Virus record (IMG/VR): IMGVR_UViG_3300031998_000011
Location: 1 to 64,000 of that record
From: a virus
Taxonomy: Duplodnaviria; Caudoviricetes
Reading direction: 5' to 3' (one strand)
Length of the DNA stretch: 64,000 nt
A program made the position numbers and the translations under genes. This document shows, in pieces, positions 26,058-36,354 of the stretch; the stretch's first letter is position 1, and the number at the start of each line of letters is the position of its first letter. Under the pieces are notes generated by a model. The model worked only from the letters and a program-made list of their open reading frames with translations. It made no database searches and was not told the origin of the DNA.

Positions 26058-26402
26058 ATGTCTGAAGAGAAACCTAAAATCGAAAAAATCAACAAGTGCG
26101 ATACCTGTGAACCTGCCTCTGTGCTGAATGAAGCAATCGCTGTCCTGGACCTGATCGTGGACAACGATGCCGAGACCATTATCAGAGAAGGCAACGCAGA
26201 GGACTTCTTCGGAGCTGTTATGGAGATGCTCTGGGAACTGCGCGACATGATGTACTACAAGCAGCCGACCGGCAAGACCAATCTGCCCCAGTATATCAAG
26301 GTCTTTGAGCGGTATAACTCAAACAGACTGGAACGCCACAACATCATGTCTGAAATGAACGTGCTTGCATTTGCGCACAGAAGGAGACACGACGATGAGT
26401 AA
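26058..26402 (+). CDS. Hypothetical protein
   Basis: AAGGAG RBS. Confidence 0.6.
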   Translation: MSEEKPKIEKINKCDTCEPASVLNEAIAVLDLIVDNDAETIIREGNAEDFFGAVMEMLWELRDMMYYKQPTGKTNLPQYIKVFERYNSNRLERHNIMSEMNVLAFAHRRRHDDE

Positions 26403-26826
26403 GAACAACTTCGAACCTGTCTGCACAGAGATCAAAATGGACTTCGATGACCTGACTGCGGACATCTGGCAGGAGCCGTATTCCAAGATCATCGAGGGTG
26501 CCTACATGATGCCTCATACCAAGAAGGGAATCTTGGTCAGGCTCTCCAAGATGTACGAGTACGTGGACAAGTATCTGCAGGACCATGATGACGAGGACCC
26601 TGCGGAAGACTTTGAAGAGCGCGACGGCGAAGAAGCCTACCACGCTCTGATCTACATGAAGCGCTACGCCGAGTGGGACACCGACCCGTATAACTACATC
26701 CGCATCCAGATTCTCGCAGATCTGTTCGAGGACATCGTCGAGTGCTGTTCGCTGACATCCATCTGCACAGTCTGCAGAGATCTGATGGAGCGTGTACAGG
26801 CTCTTCCTGATGGAGCACAGATATGA
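26395..26826 (+). CDS. Hypothetical acidic protein, paralog family B
   Basis: AAGGAG RBS; YNYIRIQILADLF...C. Confidence 0.6.
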   Translation: MSKNNFEPVCTEIKMDFDDLTADIWQEPYSKIIEGAYMMPHTKKGILVRLSKMYEYVDKYLQDHDDEDPAEDFEERDGEEAYHALIYMKRYAEWDTDPYNYIRIQILADLFEDIVECCSLTSICTVCRDLMERVQALPDGAQI

Positions 26827-27293
26827 GCGGCGTGCCTCAACTACGATTCACCATCAGACACCGCATCCTGATGCCGGAAGTGCTTCGGTTTATCAAATTC
26901 CAGCCTTGGGCTGAGATGGCCGAGTACATCTTCAAGTTGCACAACGACTTCAGCATCATCAAGGACTACAGACAGCTCATCAAGGACTGCGAGTGGCTCA
27001 TTGAGGCTGCACGTAAGGCTGACAAGCACCTTGAATGCAGTGCTGACGGGCTGGAGGACGAGTATACGCTGAAAGAGTACGCCTGCTGGCTGCGCGAGGC
27101 TCTGGAGTGCGACGACAACGGCATGTCAGACTACGATGCGATTCGTGCAGTCCTGCTGATGGAGTTGCTTATGTCCATTTGCAACGATGTTGACCTGAGC
27201 AGTGACTTCAAGAATTGCTGCGAAGAACTTATCCAGGAGTACCAGGAGAAAATCAGAGAGGAGGAATCAAATGGATCTTCCGGAAAAGATTGA
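26823..27293 (+). CDS. Hypothetical acidic protein, paralog family B
   Basis: ATGA overlap; YDAIRAVLLMELL...C. Confidence 0.6.
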   Translation: MSGVPQLRFTIRHRILMPEVLRFIKFQPWAEMAEYIFKLHNDFSIIKDYRQLIKDCEWLIEAARKADKHLECSADGLEDEYTLKEYACWLREALECDDNGMSDYDAIRAVLLMELLMSICNDVDLSSDFKNCCEELIQEYQEKIREEESNGSSGKD

Positions 27294-27726
27294 AGATCTG
27301 GAACAGTTGTCTGCGTTTGAGTCTCTGACCAGAACGGTGGAGGACCAAATTGCGGATGCACTGTCCAATTCCATCGAGGACAACACGATCCTCGCCATCA
27401 ACGGCTGGCATATGTACCCGGTGTACAAACGTGAACTGCGTACAGACAAAGCTACGCCGGCCGAGATGTTCCGTACAGAACTGCGTGGTAACGAACAGCG
27501 TCGGCTTATCAAGCCGCTCTGGGAGATGCCTGAGAATGATGAGCCCAGCCAGTTCTGGATCAGTGTGCATTACATTGTGCTTACTTTTCCGGACGACAGC
27601 AAGGACACCCGTGTTTCCAGGATCCCGGCCAGATACCTGTTCATGTCTGGCGATGAGGTCAAGAAGGCATGGGATACACACATCAAACGTTACGGAGAAA
27701 ACGCAAATGAAAACCAGAACACTTGA
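27271..27726 (+). CDS. Hypothetical protein, paralog family A-related
   Basis: GGAGG RBS; WISVHY...IPARYLFM...KAW. Confidence 0.65.
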   Translation: MDLPEKIEDLEQLSAFESLTRTVEDQIADALSNSIEDNTILAINGWHMYPVYKRELRTDKATPAEMFRTELRGNEQRRLIKPLWEMPENDEPSQFWISVHYIVLTFPDDSKDTRVSRIPARYLFMSGDEVKKAWDTHIKRYGENANENQNT

Positions 27727-28348
27727 AATCACTCTGCACTACACCTGCACGGAACAGCAGCGCAATAACGCGCTTCGTGAGTTGGAACCGCGCAAGTCTG
27801 CGTATGGTGACTATTTCGTGCCTGTCACGAGGCTTCAGGTCAGCGTCGAGAAATTCCTTCAGGCTTACTACAAAGACACGCCGACTCTGTGGATGTCTGT
27901 CGAGACGTCCAAAGAAGGCAATTACGGTGTCTATGCAAGTGCCCACGTCTGTTTCCAGGAAGAACAGATGTTCGGCGATCTCGCACTGCAGAAGCTGCTC
28001 AAGGCTCTGAAAGCCACGTGGAAGCTGCTGACATGTGTCTACATCGACACGTATCCTGCGCAACTGATGAAGGACTCGGAAGAGGCCGACTACAATGCTT
28101 ACGCCATCAACTCTATCGCGAGATGGCACAGGGACACTGATCGTGTCCGCCGGTCGATCATGCCGGAGCCTTTCGTGGATGCGATTATGGCGGCCGATTC
28201 AGACTGGGATTTCCGTGGAGGTGACGAAACGTCTGTTGTACAGAACATGTGCATCCACATCCTGGACAGCATGTGGAATGATCAGACACTCGCCAGGTTC
28301 TATACGTCTGTGTTCCAGCTGGGAGACAGCAATGGCGAAGATGACTGA
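27707..28348 (+). CDS. Hypothetical protein
   Basis: Coupled ORF with GGAG RBS. Confidence 0.6.
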   Translation: MKTRTLEITLHYTCTEQQRNNALRELEPRKSAYGDYFVPVTRLQVSVEKFLQAYYKDTPTLWMSVETSKEGNYGVYASAHVCFQEEQMFGDLALQKLLKALKATWKLLTCVYIDTYPAQLMKDSEEADYNAYAINSIARWHRDTDRVRRSIMPEPFVDAIMAADSDWDFRGGDETSVVQNMCIHILDSMWNDQTLARFYTSVFQLGDSNGEDD

Positions 28349-28604
28349 AAACGTCCAGAAGATCCTGCAACTGCGCGAGTTCAGGAAGCACATCAGGTAC
28401 ATCGCTGAAGACGATTGCATCAACGCCTCCTGGGTCGTTCAGTTCTTCAAGAAAGACCCGTTTAACAAGGTCAACGACCGCGCAGCACAAGAACAGTACA
28501 GACTCCTGGACATCCTGACGGATGAGGAGTTCGAGCAGCTGTATCATGCGCTTTACATGCAAAACAACAACCTCATAGAAAGGGACCCCGAAAATGATGA
28601 TTGA
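28332..28604 (+). CDS. Hypothetical protein
   Basis: GGGAG RBS, coupled ORF. Confidence 0.5.
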   Translation: MAKMTENVQKILQLREFRKHIRYIAEDDCINASWVVQFFKKDPFNKVNDRAAQEQYRLLDILTDEEFEQLYHALYMQNNNLIERDPENDD

Positions 28605-28917
28605 ACAAGTCGAAAAAGCCATCAACAAAAACCTCAACGTGTCCTACGCTGTCCGCAATGTGATGAAGATTGCCGGACTGCCCGATGACGCTGTCAAGCA
28701 GCTCCGCATGGTTCTGTCTGATCTCAAGGACATCCACATGCTGCTGTGCAGCTACATGTTCACGATCCATGTGTCTGACCTGTCGCCGTGGGACCTCCGC
28801 AATCTTCCTGGAATCAAAGAGGCCAACGACGTCTCCGACAACAAGGAACTGTACGACGGCTGCGGCGGAAACATCATCCGGTTCAAGCAGGAGGATACTT
28901 CGAATGGGAATGCCTGA
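28594..28917 (+). CDS. Hypothetical protein
   Basis: Coupled ORF. Confidence 0.5.
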   Translation: MMIEQVEKAINKNLNVSYAVRNVMKIAGLPDDAVKQLRMVLSDLKDIHMLLCSYMFTIHVSDLSPWDLRNLPGIKEANDVSDNKELYDGCGGNIIRFKQEDTSNGNA

Positions 28918-29296
28918 CGACATCAAGACATTTGAAGATGTTTTGGCGCTTGAACGTCTTAGCGGTTGCATGAACTATGCTATTGAGGGCGTTATCTTTG
29001 CACTTGGTGACACCGACAGGATCTTGTCGGTCGATAGCTGGCATACATTTACACAGTCAGCCATTCAACTGGGTGAAACAAAGAAAGAGCCGTGGGAAAA
29101 GCCTGAGCTTGATCAGGTTACTCAGCCGTGGATTCATGTGAATTACACAAGCCTGAACAAGGAGGAAGCCAGGGAGGAAAGATGTGTAAAAACATTTCCT
29201 GCCAGATACTTGTTCTTCGAAATGGCTGAAATTGAGAAAGCTTGGACCAGACATCTCGAACGCTGTGGAGTAAACACAAATGACACAGGAAAGTGA
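28904..29296 (+). CDS. Hypothetical protein, paralog of 27271-27726
   Basis: WIHVNY...FPARYLFF...KAWTRHL. Confidence 0.65.
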   Translation: MGMPDDIKTFEDVLALERLSGCMNYAIEGVIFALGDTDRILSVDSWHTFTQSAIQLGETKKEPWEKPELDQVTQPWIHVNYTSLNKEEAREERCVKTFPARYLFFEMAEIEKAWTRHLERCGVNTNDTGK

Positions 29297-29663
29297 CCGC
29301 TACAAAGGCTTCAAGGTCGGTGCTCACGTATGGCTCTGTGACTGCGAGTGGGACGAACCGCTGCCCGTGGTCATAGAGTCAGTCGAGCTACGTACCACAG
29401 ACGAGGGTGTCGTGGTCGCAGACAGCTACAAGATGCTCGACGAGAACGGCGACAAGTTCCCAAGCCCATACGACGCATACAATGTCCGTGAGACCAAGCG
29501 CGAGGCGCTCATTCTCATGATGAAGATGCAGCAGGAGACCATCCACGAGATCGAAACCCAGCTGCAGGACGCGACTGACCGGCTCTGGAAACTCAACATG
29601 ACATATGATGAGTGCATTGACGAGGAAGTCAACAAGATGCTCGATAACGGTGAGCTGAAATGA
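29280..29663 (+). CDS. Hypothetical protein (SH3-like barrel plus coiled coil)
   Basis: 'FKVGAHVW' start and helical C-terminus. Confidence 0.55.
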   Translation: MTQESDRYKGFKVGAHVWLCDCEWDEPLPVVIESVELRTTDEGVVVADSYKMLDENGDKFPSPYDAYNVRETKREALILMMKMQQETIHEIETQLQDATDRLWKLNMTYDECIDEEVNKMLDNGELK

Positions 29664-30175
29664 AATCCAAGTTCTTCAACATCATGCTGTTCTACAGGCT
29701 TGACAAGATGTATCCGCTGGAGCTGAATAACAGGAAACAGTGCCTGACAGAAGCTATACAGGAGCTGCTCGGCGCTGCGCCTTATCTGACACAGGCTTTC
29801 ATCAACGGTGAGGTTACAGCTTTTGTAGAACGCGGAGACGGTACTACCATTAGTCCGGACAAGTTCCAGGAGTTTCTTCGGAATATTCCGGACTGGACTG
29901 AAATCGACAATGTCGAGATCCTGGGCTACAATAAGCCACCGGAAAGTTCTGGCAGTGTCGTGATCGGGCGCTACTGGTACTATCATGACACGATAGACTG
30001 CATGGACTTGTCTGACGACATCATCGAAAACGTGCTGCTGAACGAGGACCCTTATCGTGGTGTTGATCTCATGGACATGATTTCTGTACTGGCCGAAGAC
30101 AGTGACCAGGCGCAGATTGACGACATGGAGAACAACAGGTACATGACCAGGGTCTACAAAGACATGGAGTGGTGA
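29660..30175 (+). CDS. Hypothetical protein
   Basis: ATGA overlap. Confidence 0.6.
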   Translation: MKSKFFNIMLFYRLDKMYPLELNNRKQCLTEAIQELLGAAPYLTQAFINGEVTAFVERGDGTTISPDKFQEFLRNIPDWTEIDNVEILGYNKPPESSGSVVIGRYWYYHDTIDCMDLSDDIIENVLLNEDPYRGVDLMDMISVLAEDSDQAQIDDMENNRYMTRVYKDMEW

Positions 30176-30708
30176 TGAAACTTTATCAGAAATTCCCCAA
30201 ACCGTTCAGATGGCATCTGGATATGTGGATCCAGGCCGGCGTGAGACTTTCAAAAGACGTTGACGAGGCTGACGAAGCGAACATCCTGATGCGCAGATGT
30301 CAGGGTGACGAAATCGTGCTCGAACGCGCCTTCGAGGACAAGTTTGTTGAGCTTGAAATATGGTTCAACATGCTTGCAAACGAGCGTCGTCTGTTCAATC
30401 TGTTCGCCCTGTGTGCCGGCAGGTACCTTCCAAAGAAATGGGAGGCAAAACTGTCTGCAGAGCATCAGGACGAGAAGACATGGGTCATGCCTTACGCCAT
30501 CTATTCCAGCTACACGGGAGACTGCGAATATGTTGATCGTGCTTTCCTGACATCGGACGAGCTGAAATGGCTTACGATGAACATTGCTGAAGGAGGCTGG
30601 TGGGCGGCCGGTGCTGCTGTGCTTGAGTGCAAGAAGAATCACTTGCTCGACACACGCACAGATGTGCTGTCTTTCTCCGGCCGTGTAACACAAACCTACG
30701 TAGACTGA
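30169..30708 (+). CDS. Hypothetical protein
   Basis: Coupled ORF. Confidence 0.55.
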   Translation: MVMKLYQKFPKPFRWHLDMWIQAGVRLSKDVDEADEANILMRRCQGDEIVLERAFEDKFVELEIWFNMLANERRLFNLFALCAGRYLPKKWEAKLSAEHQDEKTWVMPYAIYSSYTGDCEYVDRAFLTSDELKWLTMNIAEGGWWAAGAAVLECKKNHLLDTRTDVLSFSGRVTQTYVD

Positions 30709-30719
30709 AAGGAGGCAAT

Positions 30720-31262
30720 ATGCCTGACATCAATATGCATGACTGTGACTGGGACACCATTATCACAGTGCACTTCGAAGAAGTCATCAAGGATGTTGAT
30801 GACATCGCGCTCACCGCGCAACTGTCGGACGCATTCCAGATCGACGTTGTGGAAGTCGGCTACCTTATGGACTATGATTCCGGCGAAGTCAACGGATTGT
30901 ATTTGCGGTCCAAGAGCAAGACCTGTCCGAAGGAAGAGAATCTGTTCCGGCTGTTCCACGAAATCGTGAACATCGCACCGATTCAGGACCTGAACGGCAA
31001 GATTATCTTCATGGATCCCATCACAGACGAGTACGGAACCTGCGCGGCCATGTTTGTCAAGGACAGACCGGACGCAATCCACGAATGGGCTTTCAACGAG
31101 GACGCTATCAAGCATCTGCAGAACATGGTTCCGGATGTGAGCCGTCCGCAGGTGTCCGAGGCTATACTGGGTCTGTACCGGGACCACATGAACCAGCCTG
31201 GTGTCACCGTGAACGAAACTTTCTACACGCTAATAAGCGATAAGGAGATTACAAATGCCTAA
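30720..31262 (+). CDS. Hypothetical protein, paralog family C
   Basis: AAGGAGG RBS; MPDIN...DEYGTCAA...IHEWA. Confidence 0.65.
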   Translation: MPDINMHDCDWDTIITVHFEEVIKDVDDIALTAQLSDAFQIDVVEVGYLMDYDSGEVNGLYLRSKSKTCPKEENLFRLFHEIVNIAPIQDLNGKIIFMDPITDEYGTCAAMFVKDRPDAIHEWAFNEDAIKHLQNMVPDVSRPQVSEAILGLYRDHMNQPGVTVNETFYTLISDKEITNA

Positions 31263-31779
31263 TATCAATCGTGTACTCGGAACTACTCAGTTTCATTGTG
31301 AGATATTCTATGATTCTGACATTAGTGAGGAGCAGGAAAAACTTATTACGGAAAATCTAACAGATATTTTCGAGGTGGACGACAGCGACGTTCTTATTGT
31401 TATCGCACCGGAAGAACGCCGCAGTGTTAAAATGCATGTCACGCTTGATTCTGTACCGGACAATGATCGTATGCGGAAAGTGTTCGATTGTTTGTCAAAA
31501 CAGTGTAACGGTATGCTTCTCAATGCAAAAATGATTGCAAAAGAATACGCGTTTGACGAATATGGTTGCTGCGTCGCTTTGTGGCAAAGCGGTAATGGCT
31601 ACATACATGAATGGGCTCTTACTGAAGAGACACTGGATATTTTGTGTCACATACCAACTGTCGCACAACCGCTTGTAACAGAGAGCATTCTCCAGCGTGT
31701 TAAGGACGGATGGTCACAGTATAAGTATACGTTCGATACTGTGTCTTATCCTGCAAATCCTTGTTACTTGGGAGATTGA
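31255..31779 (+). CDS. Hypothetical protein, paralog family C (AT-rich copy)
   Basis: MPNIN...DEYGCCVA...IHEWA. Confidence 0.65.
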   Translation: MPNINRVLGTTQFHCEIFYDSDISEEQEKLITENLTDIFEVDDSDVLIVIAPEERRSVKMHVTLDSVPDNDRMRKVFDCLSKQCNGMLLNAKMIAKEYAFDEYGCCVALWQSGNGYIHEWALTEETLDILCHIPTVAQPLVTESILQRVKDGWSQYKYTFDTVSYPANPCYLGD

Positions 31780-31781
31780 GT

Positions 31782-32249
31782 ATGCCTGAAGTGACACCGC
31801 TGACAGCTATCTACCTGGAGCGCATCGCTGTCGCCGTGGAGAAAATCGCCGACTACCTTGTGAACAAGGACAAGCAGCAGATCCTGGGTTCCATCGACAT
31901 GATGCAGGACATTGTGAACAGAATCCGCAAGAACAACTGCGATGATTGTGACATGACGCAAACGGAACTGGAAGGCATGATGGAGTCCATGCGTGCCTAT
32001 GCCGAAAAACATTACGGCAAGGAATGCTGGTCTTGTCCGGCCGGGCGTGACGACTGCGCTCAGACGAAAACCATCGTGTGCGAAGATTGCGAGCACATGG
32101 CCGAAATCCGCAAACAATCACTCGGTAACAGTAGCGGAGTGTGGCAGTGTCCTGCAGGACGCCAAACATGTGAGATGAACAACTGCAACAGTTGCGACCA
32201 TCTTGCATATCTCTTGCAGTCAGAATCTGAAAATGACGGTGCAAAATGA
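31782..32249 (+). CDS. Cys-rich hypothetical protein
   Basis: Duplicated WxCPAGR..C...C..C.H motif. Confidence 0.55.
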   Translation: MPEVTPLTAIYLERIAVAVEKIADYLVNKDKQQILGSIDMMQDIVNRIRKNNCDDCDMTQTELEGMMESMRAYAEKHYGKECWSCPAGRDDCAQTKTIVCEDCEHMAEIRKQSLGNSSGVWQCPAGRQTCEMNNCNSCDHLAYLLQSESENDGAK

Positions 32250-32695
32250 ACAAAGAGACAGCTGAATACGTTTCGGAGCTGATCAGGAACACGATCAAGT
32301 ACCTGCATCAGCAGGAGGTTGTGCTTCTGCAGCTCGCCTCGCAGATCGAAGTGGACCACGGAATCGAACGTCCGGGGCAGTCACCTACGGTATATCCGCA
32401 TGATGAGACAGAGGATCTCTATAAACCGGATCCTGCAAATCCTGAGAAGTCGGTTATTGAGACCTTCTGCGAGAAGCATGGAATCAAGCTGACTGATAGT
32501 GAGAAAACCATGTTTGTAGGTACACCGAAAGGCGAGAACCTGTTCACCAAGATGTTCAACGAAGGTACACAGACAGCCGGAGGAATAGCTACTGATAATC
32601 AGGAATCCAAGTCTGAAGGAAGCGATTACCAGTATGCTTTTCCTTGGGGTAGACGCAAGAAACCGGAATCTACGGACGGAGACAACAATGCCTGA
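32246..32695 (+). CDS. Hypothetical protein
   Basis: ATGA overlap. Confidence 0.55.
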   Translation: MNKETAEYVSELIRNTIKYLHQQEVVLLQLASQIEVDHGIERPGQSPTVYPHDETEDLYKPDPANPEKSVIETFCEKHGIKLTDSEKTMFVGTPKGENLFTKMFNEGTQTAGGIATDNQESKSEGSDYQYAFPWGRRKKPESTDGDNNA

Positions 32696-32826
32696 AAAAC
32701 AGAGAACCCTCACACTGCGCATTAACGGCCATAAGACGAAGGTTGGCATAGAACCCATAAATGTAGCCGTTGTCGGCTCTACCTGCGACGAGAAGGCCGT
32801 TTCTGGAGAACAGAAAGGATCCTGTG

Positions 32827-33021
32827 ATGGATCAGAAGAAGAAAATCTTGCTAGACATCTTGGAACCAATGCTGTTCAATGATCTGATAGATTCCTTCGT
32901 AGACGACGGTATAATGTCGCCTACAGAAGGTATTCTGCGGAAGATCAAGTACATGGAAGACCGGAAACATGAGCATGCACAGGAAGGATCCTGCGATGGA
33001 CGAGATGCTGACGGCAGCTGA
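32827..33021 (+). CDS. Small hypothetical protein
   Basis: AAAGGA RBS before ATG 32827. Confidence 0.4.
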   Translation: MDQKKKILLDILEPMLFNDLIDSFVDDGIMSPTEGILRKIKYMEDRKHEHAQEGSCDGRDADGS

Positions 33022-33487
33022 GGACTACGCCAGGAATATCCGCAAATTCGGAAAACCGAACCTTACGTTCAACAAACTGCTCTATGCGTGGCACAAGTCG
33101 ATGAATACTCCACAAACAGATTCGGAGAAACCGGATCTCCTGAAAGCGGTGACGGCAGCGGGCCATGCCATTTTCAAGATGGCACGTGCGCAGGACAACA
33201 TCCTGGAAGAGAGGCTTCGCATAAAAGTCAACGAATGCTATGACCCGTTCGGTCGTCCAGCGATGCAGCAGGAGAACATGAATCGCCTCCGCAGCTACAT
33301 TGAAGACCTTACACAGGCATGCAAGCAACTCGGCAAGGATCAGCTGGAAATACAACGGATGATCAAGGAAATGATCCCGGAGTATGACCAGTGGTTGAAG
33401 CCTGATGATATGGTTGCCGCCGAGGCCATGAAGATCGCCAGACAGCTTGGTCTGGACGGTCTCTTAACAGAAAGGAAACCTGAATGA
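32996..33487 (+). CDS. Hypothetical protein
   Basis: AAGGA RBS before ATG 32996. Confidence 0.55.
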   Translation: MDEMLTAAEDYARNIRKFGKPNLTFNKLLYAWHKSMNTPQTDSEKPDLLKAVTAAGHAIFKMARAQDNILEERLRIKVNECYDPFGRPAMQQENMNRLRSYIEDLTQACKQLGKDQLEIQRMIKEMIPEYDQWLKPDDMVAAEAMKIARQLGLDGLLTERKPE

Positions 33488-34002
33488 AAGCGAAATACTG
33501 GCTCGTAATCGTGACGCACTACCCACACGGTCACGATAAGTACCAGGACATCCGTAAGCGCGGACATGCGCAGTACAGCCGAATCATACGTGAGCAGCTG
33601 CTCGGAGACCACACACCAGTGGCAGTCACATCAAGTCAGCAGGGTATGCAAATGCTGTTCGCCGTGAAGCCGGAAGATCCAGACTATGGCGGACACAAGC
33701 GTGCTGATTCCTGCATGGATCTGATGTCGAAGATGCTGCTCGAAGCGTATGGAAACATCATGGAAGTCGAGATCTGGGGCTATAGCGCGGAACCTTCTGT
33801 AAGTGGCTCCTGCTGCCTGTGGTACTACCAGTGGGATGACATGGAAGGCGGTCATCTCATGACACTGCCGGTGGAGCTGCAGACACGCATCGTGCGCCGT
33901 GGCGGTATGTGTTCCGGCTACGTCAGCAGAACGGTACTCGACTGGTTCGCTGAGAATCCTGGGGAAGTAATCGGTTCCTGGGATTGGAAATGCGAAGACT
34001 GA
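33484..34002 (+). CDS. Hypothetical protein (similar to 29660-30175)
   Basis: MKAKYW/MKSKFF start; VEIWGY..P..SGS / VEILGY..P.SSGS shared segment. Confidence 0.6.
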   Translation: MKAKYWLVIVTHYPHGHDKYQDIRKRGHAQYSRIIREQLLGDHTPVAVTSSQQGMQMLFAVKPEDPDYGGHKRADSCMDLMSKMLLEAYGNIMEVEIWGYSAEPSVSGSCCLWYYQWDDMEGGHLMTLPVELQTRIVRRGGMCSGYVSRTVLDWFAENPGEVIGSWDWKCED

Positions 34003-34015
34003 AAGGAGAACAAAC

Positions 34016-34369
34016 ATGACTGATAAAATGCGAGACGAATTGCTGCTCGCTATGGCAAGCGGTGTCGAGTCTCTTCTTGGAAAGTGCTCCGACGCATTCG
34101 CCAAAGAGTCCGACCAGCTTCTTCTGGAGGCGATCTATAAAGCCAGCAGAGAACAAGTGGAAAGCACAGTGCGCACGAATCACTGCAGATGCCCCGAATG
34201 CGGGAGCACGAACGTCGATTACGACTCCGCAATCTACGATCATGATGAAGGATGCTGCATGCTCTTCACATGCCAGGATTGTGGAGCTGAAGTGAAGGAG
34301 GTCTACAAAACGACCTACCTGAGAAGCGAGGTCTACGGACACACAAAGGAGAACAAACATGGGACTTGA
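34016..34369 (+). CDS. Zn-ribbon protein
   Basis: CPECGS...CQDCG. Confidence 0.6.
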   Translation: MTDKMRDELLLAMASGVESLLGKCSDAFAKESDQLLLEAIYKASREQVESTVRTNHCRCPECGSTNVDYDSAIYDHDEGCCMLFTCQDCGAEVKEVYKTTYLRSEVYGHTKENKHGT

Positions 34370-35006
34370 TGTATACGTCCATGAATATCTGGAAATTCCG
34401 GATGAAATCAAAACACAAGATAAACTGGATAAGTTCTGTGATGAGCACGGCGGGGGTTGGTGTTTCTACAGTGAGAATCACAAGAACTTTCCTAAGAAGT
34501 ACGTCAGGAAGATCCCAATCGAACTGATCGACTGGGATGCCTCGTTCAAGAAACGCGGTCTGAATTTCGAAGACTACGAGGAATCCTACTCCGCCATTGG
34601 CCGCTGGTATGAGTTCCGGAAGAAAGCACCGGAGCGCTCTGAGGAAGAGGACGCGACAATCAGCCTTTCCCAGATCCTTGACGAGGATAAAGGTCCTGAT
34701 CCGAATGACACGACCCGTGTCAGACTCAACAACGACGAGCTCGTCGGTAAGATCGAGGACGTCGAGGTCTGGGCATATGGGAGAGAAGTCGGATACCAGC
34801 GCAAGGGAGCCAATGCGCAGTTCTACAACGACGGCAAGTGGGACGACAACACGATTGTCTCCACGAAGGAAATGCTGTTGGAGGACTGGAAGAAATATTT
34901 CTCTGATCCGGATGACTCATATTACGGCAAGGATGCCGAGAGTCACTTCAAAGAGAACATCATCGACAACTTCGAAGAAGGCAAGACCTTCGTGTGGTAC
35001 TGCTGA
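34359..35006 (+). CDS. Hypothetical phage protein
   Basis: 'MGLD' N-terminus and 'YQRKGAN' motif; AAGGAG RBS. Confidence 0.65.
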   Translation: MGLDVYVHEYLEIPDEIKTQDKLDKFCDEHGGGWCFYSENHKNFPKKYVRKIPIELIDWDASFKKRGLNFEDYEESYSAIGRWYEFRKKAPERSEEEDATISLSQILDEDKGPDPNDTTRVRLNNDELVGKIEDVEVWAYGREVGYQRKGANAQFYNDGKWDDNTIVSTKEMLLEDWKKYFSDPDDSYYGKDAESHFKENIIDNFEEGKTFVWYC

Positions 35007-35017
35007 CAGGAGGACAA

Positions 35018-35320
35018 ATGAGCAACCCCGCATGGCACAAGGGCGACAAAGCCTTCATCGTCATACCCAAGCCTGACAGAGTCACCAAGCATATTCTGCG
35101 TGAAGTCACGCTGGGTGAGGAATGGGCCCCAGGGGCTTGGCGTGTGCGCTGGAAAGACACCTACGAAGATGGCGAACCAGCGGATATGGAGGTCGTCGTC
35201 GATGAGAAGTGGCTGTTCAAAGCCGAGGATAAAGGAATGGGCAAGGCAGTCGGGTGCTACCTGGTCAATCTCATACAGGAGTACAAAGACTGGCAACAAA
35301 CACAAAGCAAGGAGACATAA
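35018..35320 (+). CDS. Hypothetical protein
   Basis: AGGAGG RBS. Confidence 0.55.
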   Translation: MSNPAWHKGDKAFIVIPKPDRVTKHILREVTLGEEWAPGAWRVRWKDTYEDGEPADMEVVVDEKWLFKAEDKGMGKAVGCYLVNLIQEYKDWQQTQSKET

Positions 35321-36117
35321 TGCCTACCTATAAATGCACAGGCTGTGAGATCGGGGCCTGTACCGTCACGATTCCGCTGGAGAGCAGGAGACCGGCGGAG
35401 TTCATCAGAGACTTCGTGTGCCCGGTCTTCGGTCATGAAACCGAGTGCGCGAACATGGAACTGGAGAACGCCGAGGAGTTCGGTCTGTGGCCGGACGGCA
35501 CGGAGATGGACAAGGAACAGGAAACCGGCCGCACCGAGTTCATGAACAACAGCCAGGTCATCAACAGGCTGGACTTGTGGATTCGCGTGGCCAAGTCATA
35601 CGTTTCGGACTTCGAAGCCAGTGTCAAAGACCGTGTAAAGAAGGCGTTCAACGACGCATCATGGCTCTACAGCCTCAACGACAATGCAGCCAATGAAGTC
35701 GGCGCCTCGTATACGACGGTCCACATGTGGATCTACGGGAACATGTACTATGGCAGTGTCAGGAACTTGCTGAACGACTTCACGTCCAACTACAAGATCC
35801 ACGACATCAACGGCGCAGGTTACATGTGCTTCTGGCCGGAGTACTACGACGACGATGACCCGGACGTCATTCCGGACAACGACCGCGAGCCTGTCCAGAT
35901 GAAGATGCTGGACATCAGCACGGACGAGATTCTGGAGAACCGGATCATCCTGTCTGTCAACAAACTGAACTACAGCGTGTTCGAGTACGTGAAGAACGGC
36001 TACACGGACTACAACGACGCGCAGAACGCAGCAGACGCCCTGTCAGGCGTTATGCTGGACATGACTATCCAGGCGCCGGTCAGAGGCAGAGTGCAGCTGA
36101 CCAGCAAAGCACACTGA
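35320..36117 (+). CDS. Hypothetical protein with N-terminal Cys motif
   Basis: TAATG coupling, AAGGAG RBS. Confidence 0.6.
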   Translation: MPTYKCTGCEIGACTVTIPLESRRPAEFIRDFVCPVFGHETECANMELENAEEFGLWPDGTEMDKEQETGRTEFMNNSQVINRLDLWIRVAKSYVSDFEASVKDRVKKAFNDASWLYSLNDNAANEVGASYTTVHMWIYGNMYYGSVRNLLNDFTSNYKIHDINGAGYMCFWPEYYDDDDPDVIPDNDREPVQMKMLDISTDEILENRIILSVNKLNYSVFEYVKNGYTDYNDAQNAADALSGVMLDMTIQAPVRGRVQLTSKAH

Positions 36118-36129
36118 GGAGGACTGATC

Positions 36130-36354
36130 ATGGGAGCAGAAGAGCGTCATAATCGTCGTTACGACGTATACAGAATGCTTAGCAAAGATCGCATCAGTGG
36201 ACAAATGGCAGGTGTGAACGAGGGCAAGATGGAGATAGAATATCTCAACAGAGAAAGAAAAGAGAACCATGTGCGGGTCAAGCCGAGGTTGAAGGTCTCT
36301 GCAACAGGCGGCTTCGATTTGTCAGCACGCAACAAAAAGAAACGAACAAAATGA
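36130..36354 (+). CDS. Small basic hypothetical protein
   Basis: GAGGAGG RBS. Confidence 0.45.
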   Translation: MGAEERHNRRYDVYRMLSKDRISGQMAGVNEGKMEIEYLNRERKENHVRVKPRLKVSATGGFDLSARNKKKRTK

